Source: Candidatus Iainarchaeum sp.
GTDB taxonomy: Archaea > Micrarchaeota > Micrarchaeia > Anstonellales > Bilamarchaeaceae
Direction: 5' to 3'
Assembly: GCA_028714535.1 (NCBI GenBank)
Contig: JAQTME010000004.1
Location: 7,319-71,318, forward strand
Length of the DNA stretch: 64,000 nucleotides
Within the stretch, counting starts at the first letter, position 1, and each line of letters starts with the position of its first letter. The notes below the pieces were generated by a model. The model was not told the origin of the DNA and did not search any database. It was given only the letters and a program-made list of their open reading frames with translations. Shown here piece by piece: positions 26,934 through 35,527 of the stretch. The position numbers and the translations under genes are program-made.

Positions 26934-28664
26934 ATGGCCATAGAAACGAAGATAGACGACATGGTCCGGTTCATCCAGCAGAAGGGGAAGGCGAACTTCA
27001 GGGACATCGCCAGGAACCTCTCATGGAGCGAGCAGGCAGTGGAGAAGGTCGCGCTCATACTGGAGAAGGCGGGCATGGCGAAGACGCACTATCCCCTGAA
27101 CATGGTGGAGCGCCCGTGGATGTCCATCATCGCGGTGCAGCCGGCCAAGGAGCGCGTGCAGGCGCCAGGGAAGCAGCTTGACGCCTACGGCATCGCGGTC
27201 AAGGGCCACGTGCTCGGCTCGGTCACCATAGTGGATTCCGAAGCCGAGAAGAGGCCGGTATATAATATACTGCTGCCCGAGGCCACCCCCTACACCCGCG
27301 CATACCTGGAGCACCTCAAGGAGGACGTCTCCAGGAAGCTGGCTGTGGCAGAAGAGGAGAAGGGGACCGAGGACGTGGATAAGAACTTCCTCATCAGGCA
27401 CGAGGCCATATCCGGGGCTATCGCCAAGGACCTGGGCCCGGACGACAAGACGCTGGACACGCTCACGGACATAACCCTGCACGAGATGTACGGCCTCGGC
27501 GAGCTGGAGGCTCTCATAGGCGACACGAACCTGGAGGAGATAGTCATAAACTCGGCCGCGGTGCCGGTCGCGGTCTACAGCAGGAAGCGCGGCTGGCTCA
27601 AGACCAACGTCACCATGGCCAGCGAGTCGGACATCGAGAACTACGCCCAGCAGATAGCGCGCAAGGTTGGCAGGCAGATAAGCACGCTCAACCCGGTGCT
27701 GGACGCGCACCTGGGGACCGGCGACCGCGTCAACGCGACGCTCTACCCGATATCGTCGCACGGCAACACCATCACGCTGCGCCTTTTCGCGCGCAACCCC
27801 TGGACCATAGTGAGCTTCATAAAGCCCGAGGTCAACGCGATGACGCCGGACATGGCCGCGCTGCTCTGGCAGGCCATGCAGTACGAGATGAACGTGCTGG
27901 TGGCCGGGGGCACGGCGAGCGGGAAGACGAGCGCGCTCAACGGCCTCGTCGCGCTGGTCCAGCCGTTCCAGAGGATACTCACCATAGAGGACACCCGCGA
28001 GCTCATGCTGCCGACCTACCAGTGGAACTGGATACCGATGATAACGAGGCTGCCCAACCCCGAGGGCCTGGGCGAGGTGACAATGCTCGACCTGCTCGTG
28101 AACGCGCTGAGGATGAGGCCGGACCGCATAGTCATGGGCGAGATACGGCGGAAGCGCGAGGCGGAGGTCCTGTTCGAGGCCATGCACACGGGCCACAGCG
28201 TATACTCCACCATGCACGCGGACACCGGCGCGCAGGTGCTCAAGCGGCTCGTCGAGCCGCCCATAGAGGTCCCGGCCGCCGAGGTCGAGGACCTCCACCT
28301 GGTCCTGGTGCAGTTCAGGGACAGGCGCAAGAACGTGCGGCGCACGCTCGAATTGTCCGAGGTCGTCTCCGGCGCGTCAGGGCCGGAGCTCAACCACCTC
28401 TACAGCTGGAAGGCGAGGAGCGACACGTTCCAGCTCCTCAGGCCGCCGCACCGCTACCTTGAGGAGCTCAACCTCCACACCGGGCTCACCGAGAGCGAGG
28501 CGCTGGAGGACCAGAAGGGCAAGGCAGCCATACTCACATGGATGGAAAAGAACAGGCTGGAGAACATAGAGGACGTGGGCAGGGTCATGAAGATATACTA
28601 CTCGGACCCGGACTCGATAACGCAGGCGGCGGAGAAGGGCACCGCGCCGTCAAAGGTGCTTTGA
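26934..28664 (+). CDS. Type II/IV secretion-system ATPase (TadA/FlaI/PilB-like pilus assembly ATPase) with ~130-aa N-terminal extension
   Basis: Walker A VLVAGGTASGKTSALNGL, Asp/His boxes, Walker B. TATA-like AATTTTTAAA about 25 nt upstream. Confidence 0.85.
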   Translation: MAIETKIDDMVRFIQQKGKANFRDIARNLSWSEQAVEKVALILEKAGMAKTHYPLNMVERPWMSIIAVQPAKERVQAPGKQLDAYGIAVKGHVLGSVTIVDSEAEKRPVYNILLPEATPYTRAYLEHLKEDVSRKLAVAEEEKGTEDVDKNFLIRHEAISGAIAKDLGPDDKTLDTLTDITLHEMYGLGELEALIGDTNLEEIVINSAAVPVAVYSRKRGWLKTNVTMASESDIENYAQQIARKVGRQISTLNPVLDAHLGTGDRVNATLYPISSHGNTITLRLFARNPWTIVSFIKPEVNAMTPDMAALLWQAMQYEMNVLVAGGTASGKTSALNGLVALVQPFQRILTIEDTRELMLPTYQWNWIPMITRLPNPEGLGEVTMLDLLVNALRMRPDRIVMGEIRRKREAEVLFEAMHTGHSVYSTMHADTGAQVLKRLVEPPIEVPAAEVEDLHLVLVQFRDRRKNVRRTLELSEVVSGASGPELNHLYSWKARSDTFQLLRPPHRYLEELNLHTGLTESEALEDQKGKAAILTWMEKNRLENIEDVGRVMKIYYSDPDSITQAAEKGTAPSKVL

Positions 28665-28673
28665 GGTTTCGAA

Positions 28674-29570
28674 ATGGCCGAGGACAAGATACTGCTCATG
28701 CTCGTCTCGCAGCGCCGGATGTTCCAGCTCGGGCGGAGGTTCCGCGGGCTGGGGCGGCTGCTGGGCGCGGCCAACCCGCGCATGGGCTCCATACTCGCCA
28801 AGCTGAAGCTCGACCTGGAGCCCGAGGGCTATGCCATGGGCGCGTTCGCCTCCGGCCTGGCGTACGGCCTGATGTTCTTCCTCCTCGCGGCCGCGGTGCT
28901 GTGGGTGCGCTACCACGACACGGCCAAGATGTGGCCGGAGTCGCTCGCCATCGGCCTGCTGGTCTGGCTCATCACGTTCATGTTCCTCATGATGTACCCG
29001 GGCATCATGATGAGGAAGATCGCGGCCAAGGAGAGCAACGACCTGCTCTTCGCCCTGCGCGAGATGATGGTGGACATAGACGGCGGCGTGCCGCTTTTCG
29101 ACTCCATGAAGAACGTCGCGTCCGGCGACTACGGCTACGTCTCCAGGGACCTGGGGACCGTGGTCAAGCAGATAGAGCGCGGCATCCCGGACCGCATGGC
29201 GCTCAGGGAGCTTGCCGTGCGCACCGAAAGCGAGCTGATGAAGCGCTCGCTCTGGCAGATGGTCAACGCGCTGGAAAGCGGCGCCAGCCTGGGCACTGCG
29301 CTCAGCGCCATAGTCCAGTCCATAGAGAGCTACATGTACCGGGACATAAAGAACTACTCGTCCAACCTCAATTTCCTCATGCTGATATACATGCTGGCGG
29401 CCACGGTGGTGCCGTCGCTGGGCATAACGTTCCTCGTGCTGCTCTCGGCCTTCAGCGGGCTGGGGGTCAGCTTCACCACGCTCCTGCTGCTGCTCGGCAT
29501 CTCGGTGCTGGCGCAGGCGATAATGATAGGGTACATGCATTCGACGAGGCCCGAGACGTTCGGGGGATGA
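28674..29570 (+). CDS. TadC/FlaJ-like (GspF-family) polytopic membrane platform protein 1
   Basis: Several TM helices flanking cytoplasmic helical domain. Immediately follows the ATPase. Confidence 0.7.
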   Translation: MAEDKILLMLVSQRRMFQLGRRFRGLGRLLGAANPRMGSILAKLKLDLEPEGYAMGAFASGLAYGLMFFLLAAAVLWVRYHDTAKMWPESLAIGLLVWLITFMFLMMYPGIMMRKIAAKESNDLLFALREMMVDIDGGVPLFDSMKNVASGDYGYVSRDLGTVVKQIERGIPDRMALRELAVRTESELMKRSLWQMVNALESGASLGTALSAIVQSIESYMYRDIKNYSSNLNFLMLIYMLAATVVPSLGITFLVLLSAFSGLGVSFTTLLLLLGISVLAQAIMIGYMHSTRPETFGG

Positions 29571-29573
29571 CCG

Positions 29574-30884
29574 ATGAAGAAGGGTACAAGGCCGCGGAAG
29601 GGCGTTGCGCCGGAGCCGGCAGCCCGGCCCAGGGCGCGGCCCGCCCCCTATGCCCCGCCGCCGGCCGCCGAGCTGGAGCTGACTGACTGGCCCGCCCCTT
29701 CGCCCAAGTCCATGGCGCCCAAGCCGCCTGTGCCCGCTGCCAATGCCCCTGCGCGCCCGCTCTCCGGCGGCCTGCTCCATTCCCTGTTCTCAAGGCAGAA
29801 GCCGGTCCCCCCTCCGGCCGCCCAGAAGCCCGCAGCCCCGAAGCCCGCACCGCAGAAGAAGGCGCCAGGCGAGCCTGGCATGTGGCGCATCTACCGCAGG
29901 TTCAGCAGCGTGCTGCCGGCCTCGATGACGACCGGCCTGGAGCGGAAGATGCGCTTCGCTGGCATAGACCCGGGCATGAACACCATCCTGCTTGGCCGGA
30001 CGCTGATGGTGTGCTTCCTCTCGGGCATGCTGCCCCTGATGCTCTACCTCGCGGTGCTCAACCCGCTCGCCACGCCTACCACGACGCTCACCGCAATCGC
30101 GCTCTTCCTGGGCGGCTCTGTCGCCTCGCTCATACTGTCATATCTCTGGCTGTACTTCACGGTGGTCGACCGCGCGGCCATGGTGGAGCGGCTCCTGCCC
30201 GACTTCCTCTCGCTCGCGGTCTCCAACCTCAGGGCCGGCATGACGCCCTACGTGGCGTTCGTCCATGCGGCGCGGCCGGAGTTCGGCGCCTTCCACGACT
30301 CGGTCATGCTGTCCATGGCGAGGATGGGCGGCAAGGTGTCCATCGCGGACGCGCTCGTATATGTCTCAGGCGACTTCGACTCCGGCATCCTGCGCAGGAC
30401 CGTGACCCTGTTCGCCAAGGGCGTGCGCTCGGGCGGCCAGCTCGTGAGGCTCCTCAACTCCAGCGCCGAGGAGGTCCGCCGCATCCACGACCTGCGGGCG
30501 GAGCTCATCTCGTCCACGCGCACCTACTCGATATTCCTGGCGTTCATAGTCGTCGCCATCATGCCGTTCCTGCTGTCCGTGTCGCTGAATTTCGTCACGG
30601 TGTTCGTGAGCCTCCAGGTCGATACCAGCGGCATGGACGTGGGGGCGGCCGCGCTGCCCAGCTTCACGGGCAAGATACTCATCACCGCGGACGACATGTA
30701 CAACATCTCGCTGATAACCCTGGTGGTCATAGACCTGCTGGTCTCGATACTCATGGGCATCGTGGACAGGGGCAAGGCCATATACGGCATAAAGAACTTC
30801 CCGGCGCTCCTCGCCCTTTCCCTGCTCTCGTTCTTCATCGCCAAGGCCATAATCGGCTCCTTCCTGGCCGGCTTCATGGTATGA
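29574..30884 (+). CDS. TadB/TadC/FlaJ-like membrane platform protein 2 with ~100-aa Pro/Ala-rich N-terminal low-complexity extension
   Basis: N-terminus PEPAARPRARPAPYAPPPAAE...KPAAPKPAPQKKAP, then TadC-like TM/cytoplasmic-domain architecture. Two platform genes, as in EpdJ/EpdK or TadB/TadC. Confidence 0.65.
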   Translation: MKKGTRPRKGVAPEPAARPRARPAPYAPPPAAELELTDWPAPSPKSMAPKPPVPAANAPARPLSGGLLHSLFSRQKPVPPPAAQKPAAPKPAPQKKAPGEPGMWRIYRRFSSVLPASMTTGLERKMRFAGIDPGMNTILLGRTLMVCFLSGMLPLMLYLAVLNPLATPTTTLTAIALFLGGSVASLILSYLWLYFTVVDRAAMVERLLPDFLSLAVSNLRAGMTPYVAFVHAARPEFGAFHDSVMLSMARMGGKVSIADALVYVSGDFDSGILRRTVTLFAKGVRSGGQLVRLLNSSAEEVRRIHDLRAELISSTRTYSIFLAFIVVAIMPFLLSVSLNFVTVFVSLQVDTSGMDVGAAALPSFTGKILITADDMYNISLITLVVIDLLVSILMGIVDRGKAIYGIKNFPALLALSLLSFFIAKAIIGSFLAGFMV

Positions 30885-30910
30885 TGCCGCCGGCCCGGCG
30901 GCATGGCAAA

Positions 30911-30923
30911 TCTTTTTAAACTA
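30911..30923 (+). promoter_or_regulatory. Pilin promoter box ATCTTTTTAAACT (copy 1); same motif at 31461-31473 for copy 2
   Basis: Conserved 10-13-mer at an equivalent distance upstream of both pilin ATGs. Confidence 0.55.
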
Positions 30924-30950
30924 GCCGGAGATTGCACTACGGTGAAATTA

Positions 30951-31406
30951 ATGATTAAGAAAGGACAAGTTTCGACAGAATATCTGGTCATATTGGCCAT
31001 AGTCCTCGTCGTTGCCCTCGTGGTCGTCTACCTGGTAGGCGGCTTCGCCGGCATGGGCGTAGGAACCATGGAAACCCAGAGCATGCAGGCATGGGGCACC
31101 GCGGCACCGCTCGCAATGACGAGCTGGAAGCAGAGCGGCACCTCGTTGCAGCTCGAGATTCAGAACAACGACGTAGACACGCTGGTCCTCACGGCTGTAT
31201 CCATGGACGGCGCATCGGTCGGCTTAGCGGCCAATACGACGTTCACGAGCGGCGAGAAGAAGGTAATCACTGTGACGACCGCGACAACCTGCGGCGCTGC
31301 AGGCACTGCGTTCACACACGAGAACGTGGTGCTCACCTACAACAAGGGCCAGATAACCGGCAAGACGCAGACCGGCGTGAGGCCCATTGTAGGCAAGTGC
31401 TCCTGA
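30951..31406 (+). CDS. Major pilin (class III signal peptide; Epd/Flp-like), copy 1
   Basis: MIKKGQVSTEYLVILAIVLVVALVVVYL. Conserved promoter box ATCTTTTTAAACT about 30 nt upstream. Followed by T-rich terminator. Confidence 0.75.
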   Translation: MIKKGQVSTEYLVILAIVLVVALVVVYLVGGFAGMGVGTMETQSMQAWGTAAPLAMTSWKQSGTSLQLEIQNNDVDTLVLTAVSMDGASVGLAANTTFTSGEKKVITVTTATTCGAAGTAFTHENVVLTYNKGQITGKTQTGVRPIVGKCS

Positions 31407-31450
31407 ATCCGGTTTTTTTTATTTTATATTCTTTTTTCCCTTTTCCAGCC
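31407..31450 (+). terminator. T-rich archaeal terminator after pilin copy 1
   Basis: TTTTTTTTATTTTATATTCTTTTTTCCCTTTTCC. Confidence 0.55.
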
Positions 31451-31504
31451 CTGGCTGCATATCTTTTTAACCTGCGGCTAGCTTATCTTCATTGAGGGAG
31501 TCAT

Positions 31505-31954
31505 ATGTCAAAAGGACAGGTTTCAACGGAATATCTGGTCATACTGGCCATCGTCCTCGTCGTTGCCCTTGTGGTCGTCTACCTGGTAGGCGGCTTCGCC
31601 GGCATGGGCGCAGGGACCATGGAGACCCAGAGCATGCAGGCCTGGGGCACGGCGGCGCCGTTCGCCATCACCATCCTGAAGCAGAGCGGCACGACGCTGG
31701 AGCTGGAGATGAGGAATAACGACGTCAGCACCCTGGTCCTCACTGACATATCCATGGACGGCGCGTCCGTGTTCTCCTCGAACACCACGTTCACCAGCGG
31801 CGAGAAGAAGGTCGTGACCGCGACCGTGGTCACCGCATGCGGCGCTGCCGGCAGCGACTTCAGCCATCAGAACGTGATAATGACCTACAACAAGGGCCAG
31901 ATAACCGGCAAGACCCAGGTCGGCGCAAGGCCGCTCATGGGCAAGTGCTCCTGA
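31505..31954 (+). CDS. Major pilin (class III signal peptide), copy 2, tandem paralog of copy 1
   Basis: MSKGQVSTEYLVILAIVLVVALVVVYL. First ~110 nt nearly identical to copy 1 at the DNA level. Own promoter ATCTTTTTAACCT and SD GAGGGAG. Followed by hairpin GGGAGAA..TTCTCCC plus T-run. Confidence 0.75.
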   Translation: MSKGQVSTEYLVILAIVLVVALVVVYLVGGFAGMGAGTMETQSMQAWGTAAPFAITILKQSGTTLELEMRNNDVSTLVLTDISMDGASVFSSNTTFTSGEKKVVTATVVTACGAAGSDFSHQNVIMTYNKGQITGKTQVGARPLMGKCS

Positions 31955-32019
31955 CCTCCACATTCATTTAAAAAGATTATGAGGGAGAATAGGATATCAG
32001 CTCGTTCTCCCGTGATTTT

Positions 32020-32661
32020 ATGCATGACGAAGACAGTCCAAAGCAGAAGGGGGTTCAGACAGGGACCACTACGGTGGGCCTCGTCTGCAAGGACGGCATC
32101 GTCCTGGCCAGCGACAGGAGGGCCACCATGGGCTACCTCATCGCCAGCAAGGACATAGACAAGATATATCCCATAAGCGACAACCTCGCGATGACCATAG
32201 CCGGCGGCGTGGGCGACGCCCAGACGCTCATCCGGTGGATGAACTCCGAGGTGAAGCTCTACGAGCTCAAGCACGAGAAGGCCATGAGCGTGGAGGCCGC
32301 GGCCGTCCTGCTTTCCAACATACTCGTACAATACAAGTACTACCCCTTCTACGTCCAGCTGCTGCTGGGCGGGGTGGACGAGAGGCCGAGGCTGTTCTCC
32401 ATCGACATGCTCGGCGGCATAACCGAGGAGAAGGTGACCTCGACCGGCAGCGGCTCCCCGGTCGCCTACGGCGTCCTCGAGGAGCTTTACGCGGAGGAGC
32501 GCGACATAGAGGCGAACCTGCCGGTGGCCGCCAAGGCAATCAGCGCGGCCATGAGGCGCGACGCGGCGACGGGCGAGAGGGTCGACCTGGTGACCGTCAC
32601 CAGGGCCGCCGGCTTCAAGAGATACGACAAGGAAGAAGTGAAGAAGATACTGCATTCCTGA
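32020..32661 (+). CDS. psmB: Proteasome subunit beta (with propeptide; Thr1 at G|TTTVG)
   Basis: GTTTVGLVCKDGIVLASDRRAT... canonical Ntn-hydrolase N-terminus. Confidence 0.9.
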   Translation: MHDEDSPKQKGVQTGTTTVGLVCKDGIVLASDRRATMGYLIASKDIDKIYPISDNLAMTIAGGVGDAQTLIRWMNSEVKLYELKHEKAMSVEAAAVLLSNILVQYKYYPFYVQLLLGGVDERPRLFSIDMLGGITEEKVTSTGSGSPVAYGVLEELYAEERDIEANLPVAAKAISAAMRRDAATGERVDLVTVTRAAGFKRYDKEEVKKILHS

Positions 32662-32739
32662 ATGTGAGCCAGCGTTTTTGTTTTTACCGGATTTACGGCT
32701 TTCGTTTTTCATCTCCCCATACTTACGCAATCCATCGAG

Positions 32740-34644
32740 GTGTTTTGTTTGCACTATAAGGACATAGTCAAGAAAATCAGCGAGATAATGCCGCACGACT
32801 GCGAGGTGACCAAGGTGGAGCCCGAGGGCCTTTCCACGGTCATCTACATCAGGAACATACGCTCCTTCTATTCGAACGAGCGGCTCATCAAGGAGCTGGC
32901 CAGCGCGCTCAAGAAGAAGGTCACCATCCGCGTGGACCCGTCCGCGCTCATGAAGGTGGAGGAGGCCAAGGCTGCCATAGAGGCGCTTGTGCCCAAGGAG
33001 GCGGACGTGCGCGGCATAGTGTTCGTGCCCGAGATGTGCGAGGTGCACATCGAGGCGATAAAGCCGGGCCTCGTCATAGGCAAGGGCGGCTCGACGCTCA
33101 AGGAGATCATGCTCCGCACGGGCTGGGCGCCGATAACCCTGCGCGCGCCGACGATGCCGTCGTCCACGCTGGACGGCGTCAGGAAAATCACGGTCATGGA
33201 GGCCGCGGAGCGCAAGAAGTTCCTGGTCAACATAGGCAAGAAGATATGCCAGCCCGCGCCTTCGGGCGACTGGATACGCGTGATGGCCCTGGGCGGCTTC
33301 AGGGAGGTCGGCAGGTCCTGCCTGCTGGTCCAGACGCCGCACAGCAAGGTGCTCATCGACGTCGGCGTGAACCCTGCCACCGGCGACCCGACCAAGGCGT
33401 ACCCGTACCTCAACCTCACGGGCTTCTCGCTCTCCGATTTAGATGCGGTCGTCATAAGCCACGGGCACATGGACCACATGGGCTTCCTGCCCTACCTGTT
33501 CGCATACGGCTACGACGGCCCGGTCTACTGCACGCCGCCGACGAGGGATTTCATGGTGCTCCTCCAGCAGGACTACCTGAACCTCTGCAAGAGGGCGTTC
33601 AACATCGACCCGCCATACACGAAAAAGGACATCTACAAGGAGCTGCGCAACGTGATAACCGTGGACTACGAGGAAGTGGTCGATATCACGCCCGAGATAA
33701 AGATGACGCTCTACAACGCGGGCCACATACTCGGCAGCGCCAGCGTCCACCTGCACATCGGCGAGGGCGCGCACAACCTCGTGTATTCCGGCGACATCAA
33801 GTTCGGCTTCACGCGCCTTTTCGACCCCTCGACGACGCGGTTCCCGCGGCTGGAGACCCTGTTCATAGAGAGCACCTACGGCGGCAGGAACGACATCTCC
33901 ATCAACCGCTTCGACAGCGAGAAGCGGCTCACAGACATCATAAGGGAGACCATGGCCAAGCGCGGCAAGGTGCTCATACCCGTGTTCGCCGTGGGCAGGT
34001 CGCAGGAAATCATGCTCGTGCTCGAGGAGATGGCCAGGCGCGACCCGGACTTCAACGTCCCGCTCTACATAGACGGCATGGTGCTGGAGGCGTCCGCGAT
34101 ACACACCGCGTACCCGGAATACCTGCGCGAGCAGCTCCAGAGGCGCATACTGTCCGACCGCAGCCCGTTCGAATCGCCGCTGATAAAGGTGGCGAAGGGC
34201 GCGAGCAAGGAGGAGATAATCAACGGCGAGCCCGCGATAATCCTCGCCCCGTCCGGCATGCTGTCCGGGGGCCCGTCCTACGAATACCTCAAGCTCATGG
34301 CCGACGACCCCAAGAACACGCTGGCGTTCGTCGGCTACCAGAGCGCGCTGTCGCTCGGCTCGAAGATACAGCAGGGCATGAAGGAGGTCCCTGTCCTGGG
34401 CGACGACGGCAAGATGCGCACGCTGAACGTCAACATGCGCGTCGAGACGGCCGAGGGCTTCTCAGGCCACAGCGACCGCGCGCAGCTGATGGCGTACATA
34501 AAGAACCTGCGGCCCATCCCGGAGCGCATCGTGACGATGCACGGCGACTGGGGCAAGACCGAGGAGCTCGCGCGTTCCGCGGGCATGATGATGCACAAGG
34601 ACTCGCGCTCCCTCGCTGATTTGGAAGCCATCCGGCTCCGCTGA
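32740..34644 (+). CDS. aCPSF1/FttA: KH-domain + metallo-beta-lactamase + beta-CASP ribonuclease (archaeal transcription termination factor)
   Basis: N-terminal KH region, HxHxDH (ISHGHMDHMG), beta-CASP motifs, C-terminal HGD. Conserved psmB neighbourhood. Confidence 0.85.
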   Translation: MFCLHYKDIVKKISEIMPHDCEVTKVEPEGLSTVIYIRNIRSFYSNERLIKELASALKKKVTIRVDPSALMKVEEAKAAIEALVPKEADVRGIVFVPEMCEVHIEAIKPGLVIGKGGSTLKEIMLRTGWAPITLRAPTMPSSTLDGVRKITVMEAAERKKFLVNIGKKICQPAPSGDWIRVMALGGFREVGRSCLLVQTPHSKVLIDVGVNPATGDPTKAYPYLNLTGFSLSDLDAVVISHGHMDHMGFLPYLFAYGYDGPVYCTPPTRDFMVLLQQDYLNLCKRAFNIDPPYTKKDIYKELRNVITVDYEEVVDITPEIKMTLYNAGHILGSASVHLHIGEGAHNLVYSGDIKFGFTRLFDPSTTRFPRLETLFIESTYGGRNDISINRFDSEKRLTDIIRETMAKRGKVLIPVFAVGRSQEIMLVLEEMARRDPDFNVPLYIDGMVLEASAIHTAYPEYLREQLQRRILSDRSPFESPLIKVAKGASKEEIINGEPAIILAPSGMLSGGPSYEYLKLMADDPKNTLAFVGYQSALSLGSKIQQGMKEVPVLGDDGKMRTLNVNMRVETAEGFSGHSDRAQLMAYIKNLRPIPERIVTMHGDWGKTEELARSAGMMMHKDSRSLADLEAIRLR

Positions 34645-34658
34645 AGCGCGCGGCGCGG

Positions 34659-35135
34659 CTATTTTTTCTTCTTCTCCAGCTCCCGCTCAACTTCATTGCG
34701 CTCCCACGGGTAGACGACCCACGCCGTCGTGGAGCCGATGAAGTAGTCCGGCTTGAATATGGAATCCGGCTTGTAGTGGATGGTGGCGACCTTGACCTCC
34801 TTCGCGCCCTTGCGCAGCACGTAGTCCTTGGCCACGGCCAGGCTCCTGCCGGTGTCTGCGATGTCGTCGACGATGAGCACCCTCTTCCCCTTGATGTCCA
34901 TTGTCAGGTCCTGGCTTATGACCGGGAAGTCGCTGGGCTTGCCCATGGCCTTGTAGAACGATATGCCCAGGATGCCCATGGCGTTCACGCCCAGCAGGTC
35001 TGACAGCACCCTTGCAGGCACCAGCCCACCCCTGGATATGCCCACTATGAAGTCAGGCCCGTAGCCGCGCGCCTTGGCGGCAAGCTCCTCGCAATACGCT
35101 ATGGTCGCATCCCAATTCAGCCTCAGCAGGTCCAT
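34659..35135 (-). CDS. Phosphoribosyltransferase (hypoxanthine/guanine PRTase-like)
   Basis: PRPP-binding motif VLIVDDIADTGRSL. Start chosen at MDLLRLNWD; the ORF track extends spuriously upstream. Palindromic TATA AACCTTTAAAAGGTT about 35 nt upstream. Confidence 0.7.
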   Translation of the reverse strand: MDLLRLNWDATIAYCEELAAKARGYGPDFIVGISRGGLVPARVLSDLLGVNAMGILGISFYKAMGKPSDFPVISQDLTMDIKGKRVLIVDDIADTGRSLAVAKDYVLRKGAKEVKVATIHYKPDSIFKPDYFIGSTTAWVVYPWERNEVERELEKKKK

Positions 35136-35214
35136 GTCATCTCCCTCGATGGCAACAGGTCGCCAACCTTTAAAAGGTTTTCTGATGTATAGGTTCAAAA
35201 CCCAAGGTGTGCAA

Positions 35215-35304
35215 AATGATCCCAATGAGAATCGATGACGAAGAAGAATGGGAAGACGACGACTTCGACGAGGAGGAGTGGGACGAGGAAGAAGAGGAAG
35301 AGTA
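35215..35304 (+). CDS. Micro-ORF encoding a 29-aa hyper-acidic peptide (MIPMRIDDEEEWEDDDFDEEEWDEEEEEE)
   Basis: ATG..TAG uninterrupted frame; 22 of 29 residues D/E, with two Trp. Lies between the HPRT promoter and a tRNA. No independent support. Confidence 0.25.
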
Positions 35305-35367
35305 GCCCCCGCCCTGTTTTTGCCTTTTAGAACAGTTTTTAATCCGCTTATCCTAATTTTCATCCAC

Positions 35368-35527
35368 GGGCCCGTGGCGCAGCCAGCCCTGCCTGCCGTT
35401 GTGAGCAGCCAGGGCCTGTTATGGATAGCGCAGCAGCCTTCTATTATGGGACGATGAAGCCCCGCCGGGGCGCATTTTCCCAAAAGGAGCAAGCTGACGG
35501 TCGTGGGTTCAAATCCCGCCGGGCCCG
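35368..35527 (+). tRNA. tRNA-Arg(TCT) with two introns: ~37-nt D-loop intron and ~48-nt anticodon-loop (37/38) intron
   Basis: GGGCCCG-TG-GCGC-AGCC[37 nt]TGGATA-GCGC-A-GCAGC-CTTCTA[48 nt]A-GCTGA-CGGTC-GTGGG-TTCAAAT-CCCGC-CGGGCCC-G. Exons sum to exactly 75 nt. Intron 1 forms helix-bulge-helix-like CCCTG.CTGC...GCAG..CAGGG. Confidence 0.65.

Noticed and set aside
27021-28298. 425-aa minus-strand ORF antisense to the pilus ATPase; similar antisense ORFs at 28650-29780, 31885-33342, 37854-39128, 19479-20468 and 22729-23928
   Set aside because: All lie opposite well-supported protein genes and have Arg/Gly/His-biased, repeat-like translations. Treated as high-GC artefacts.
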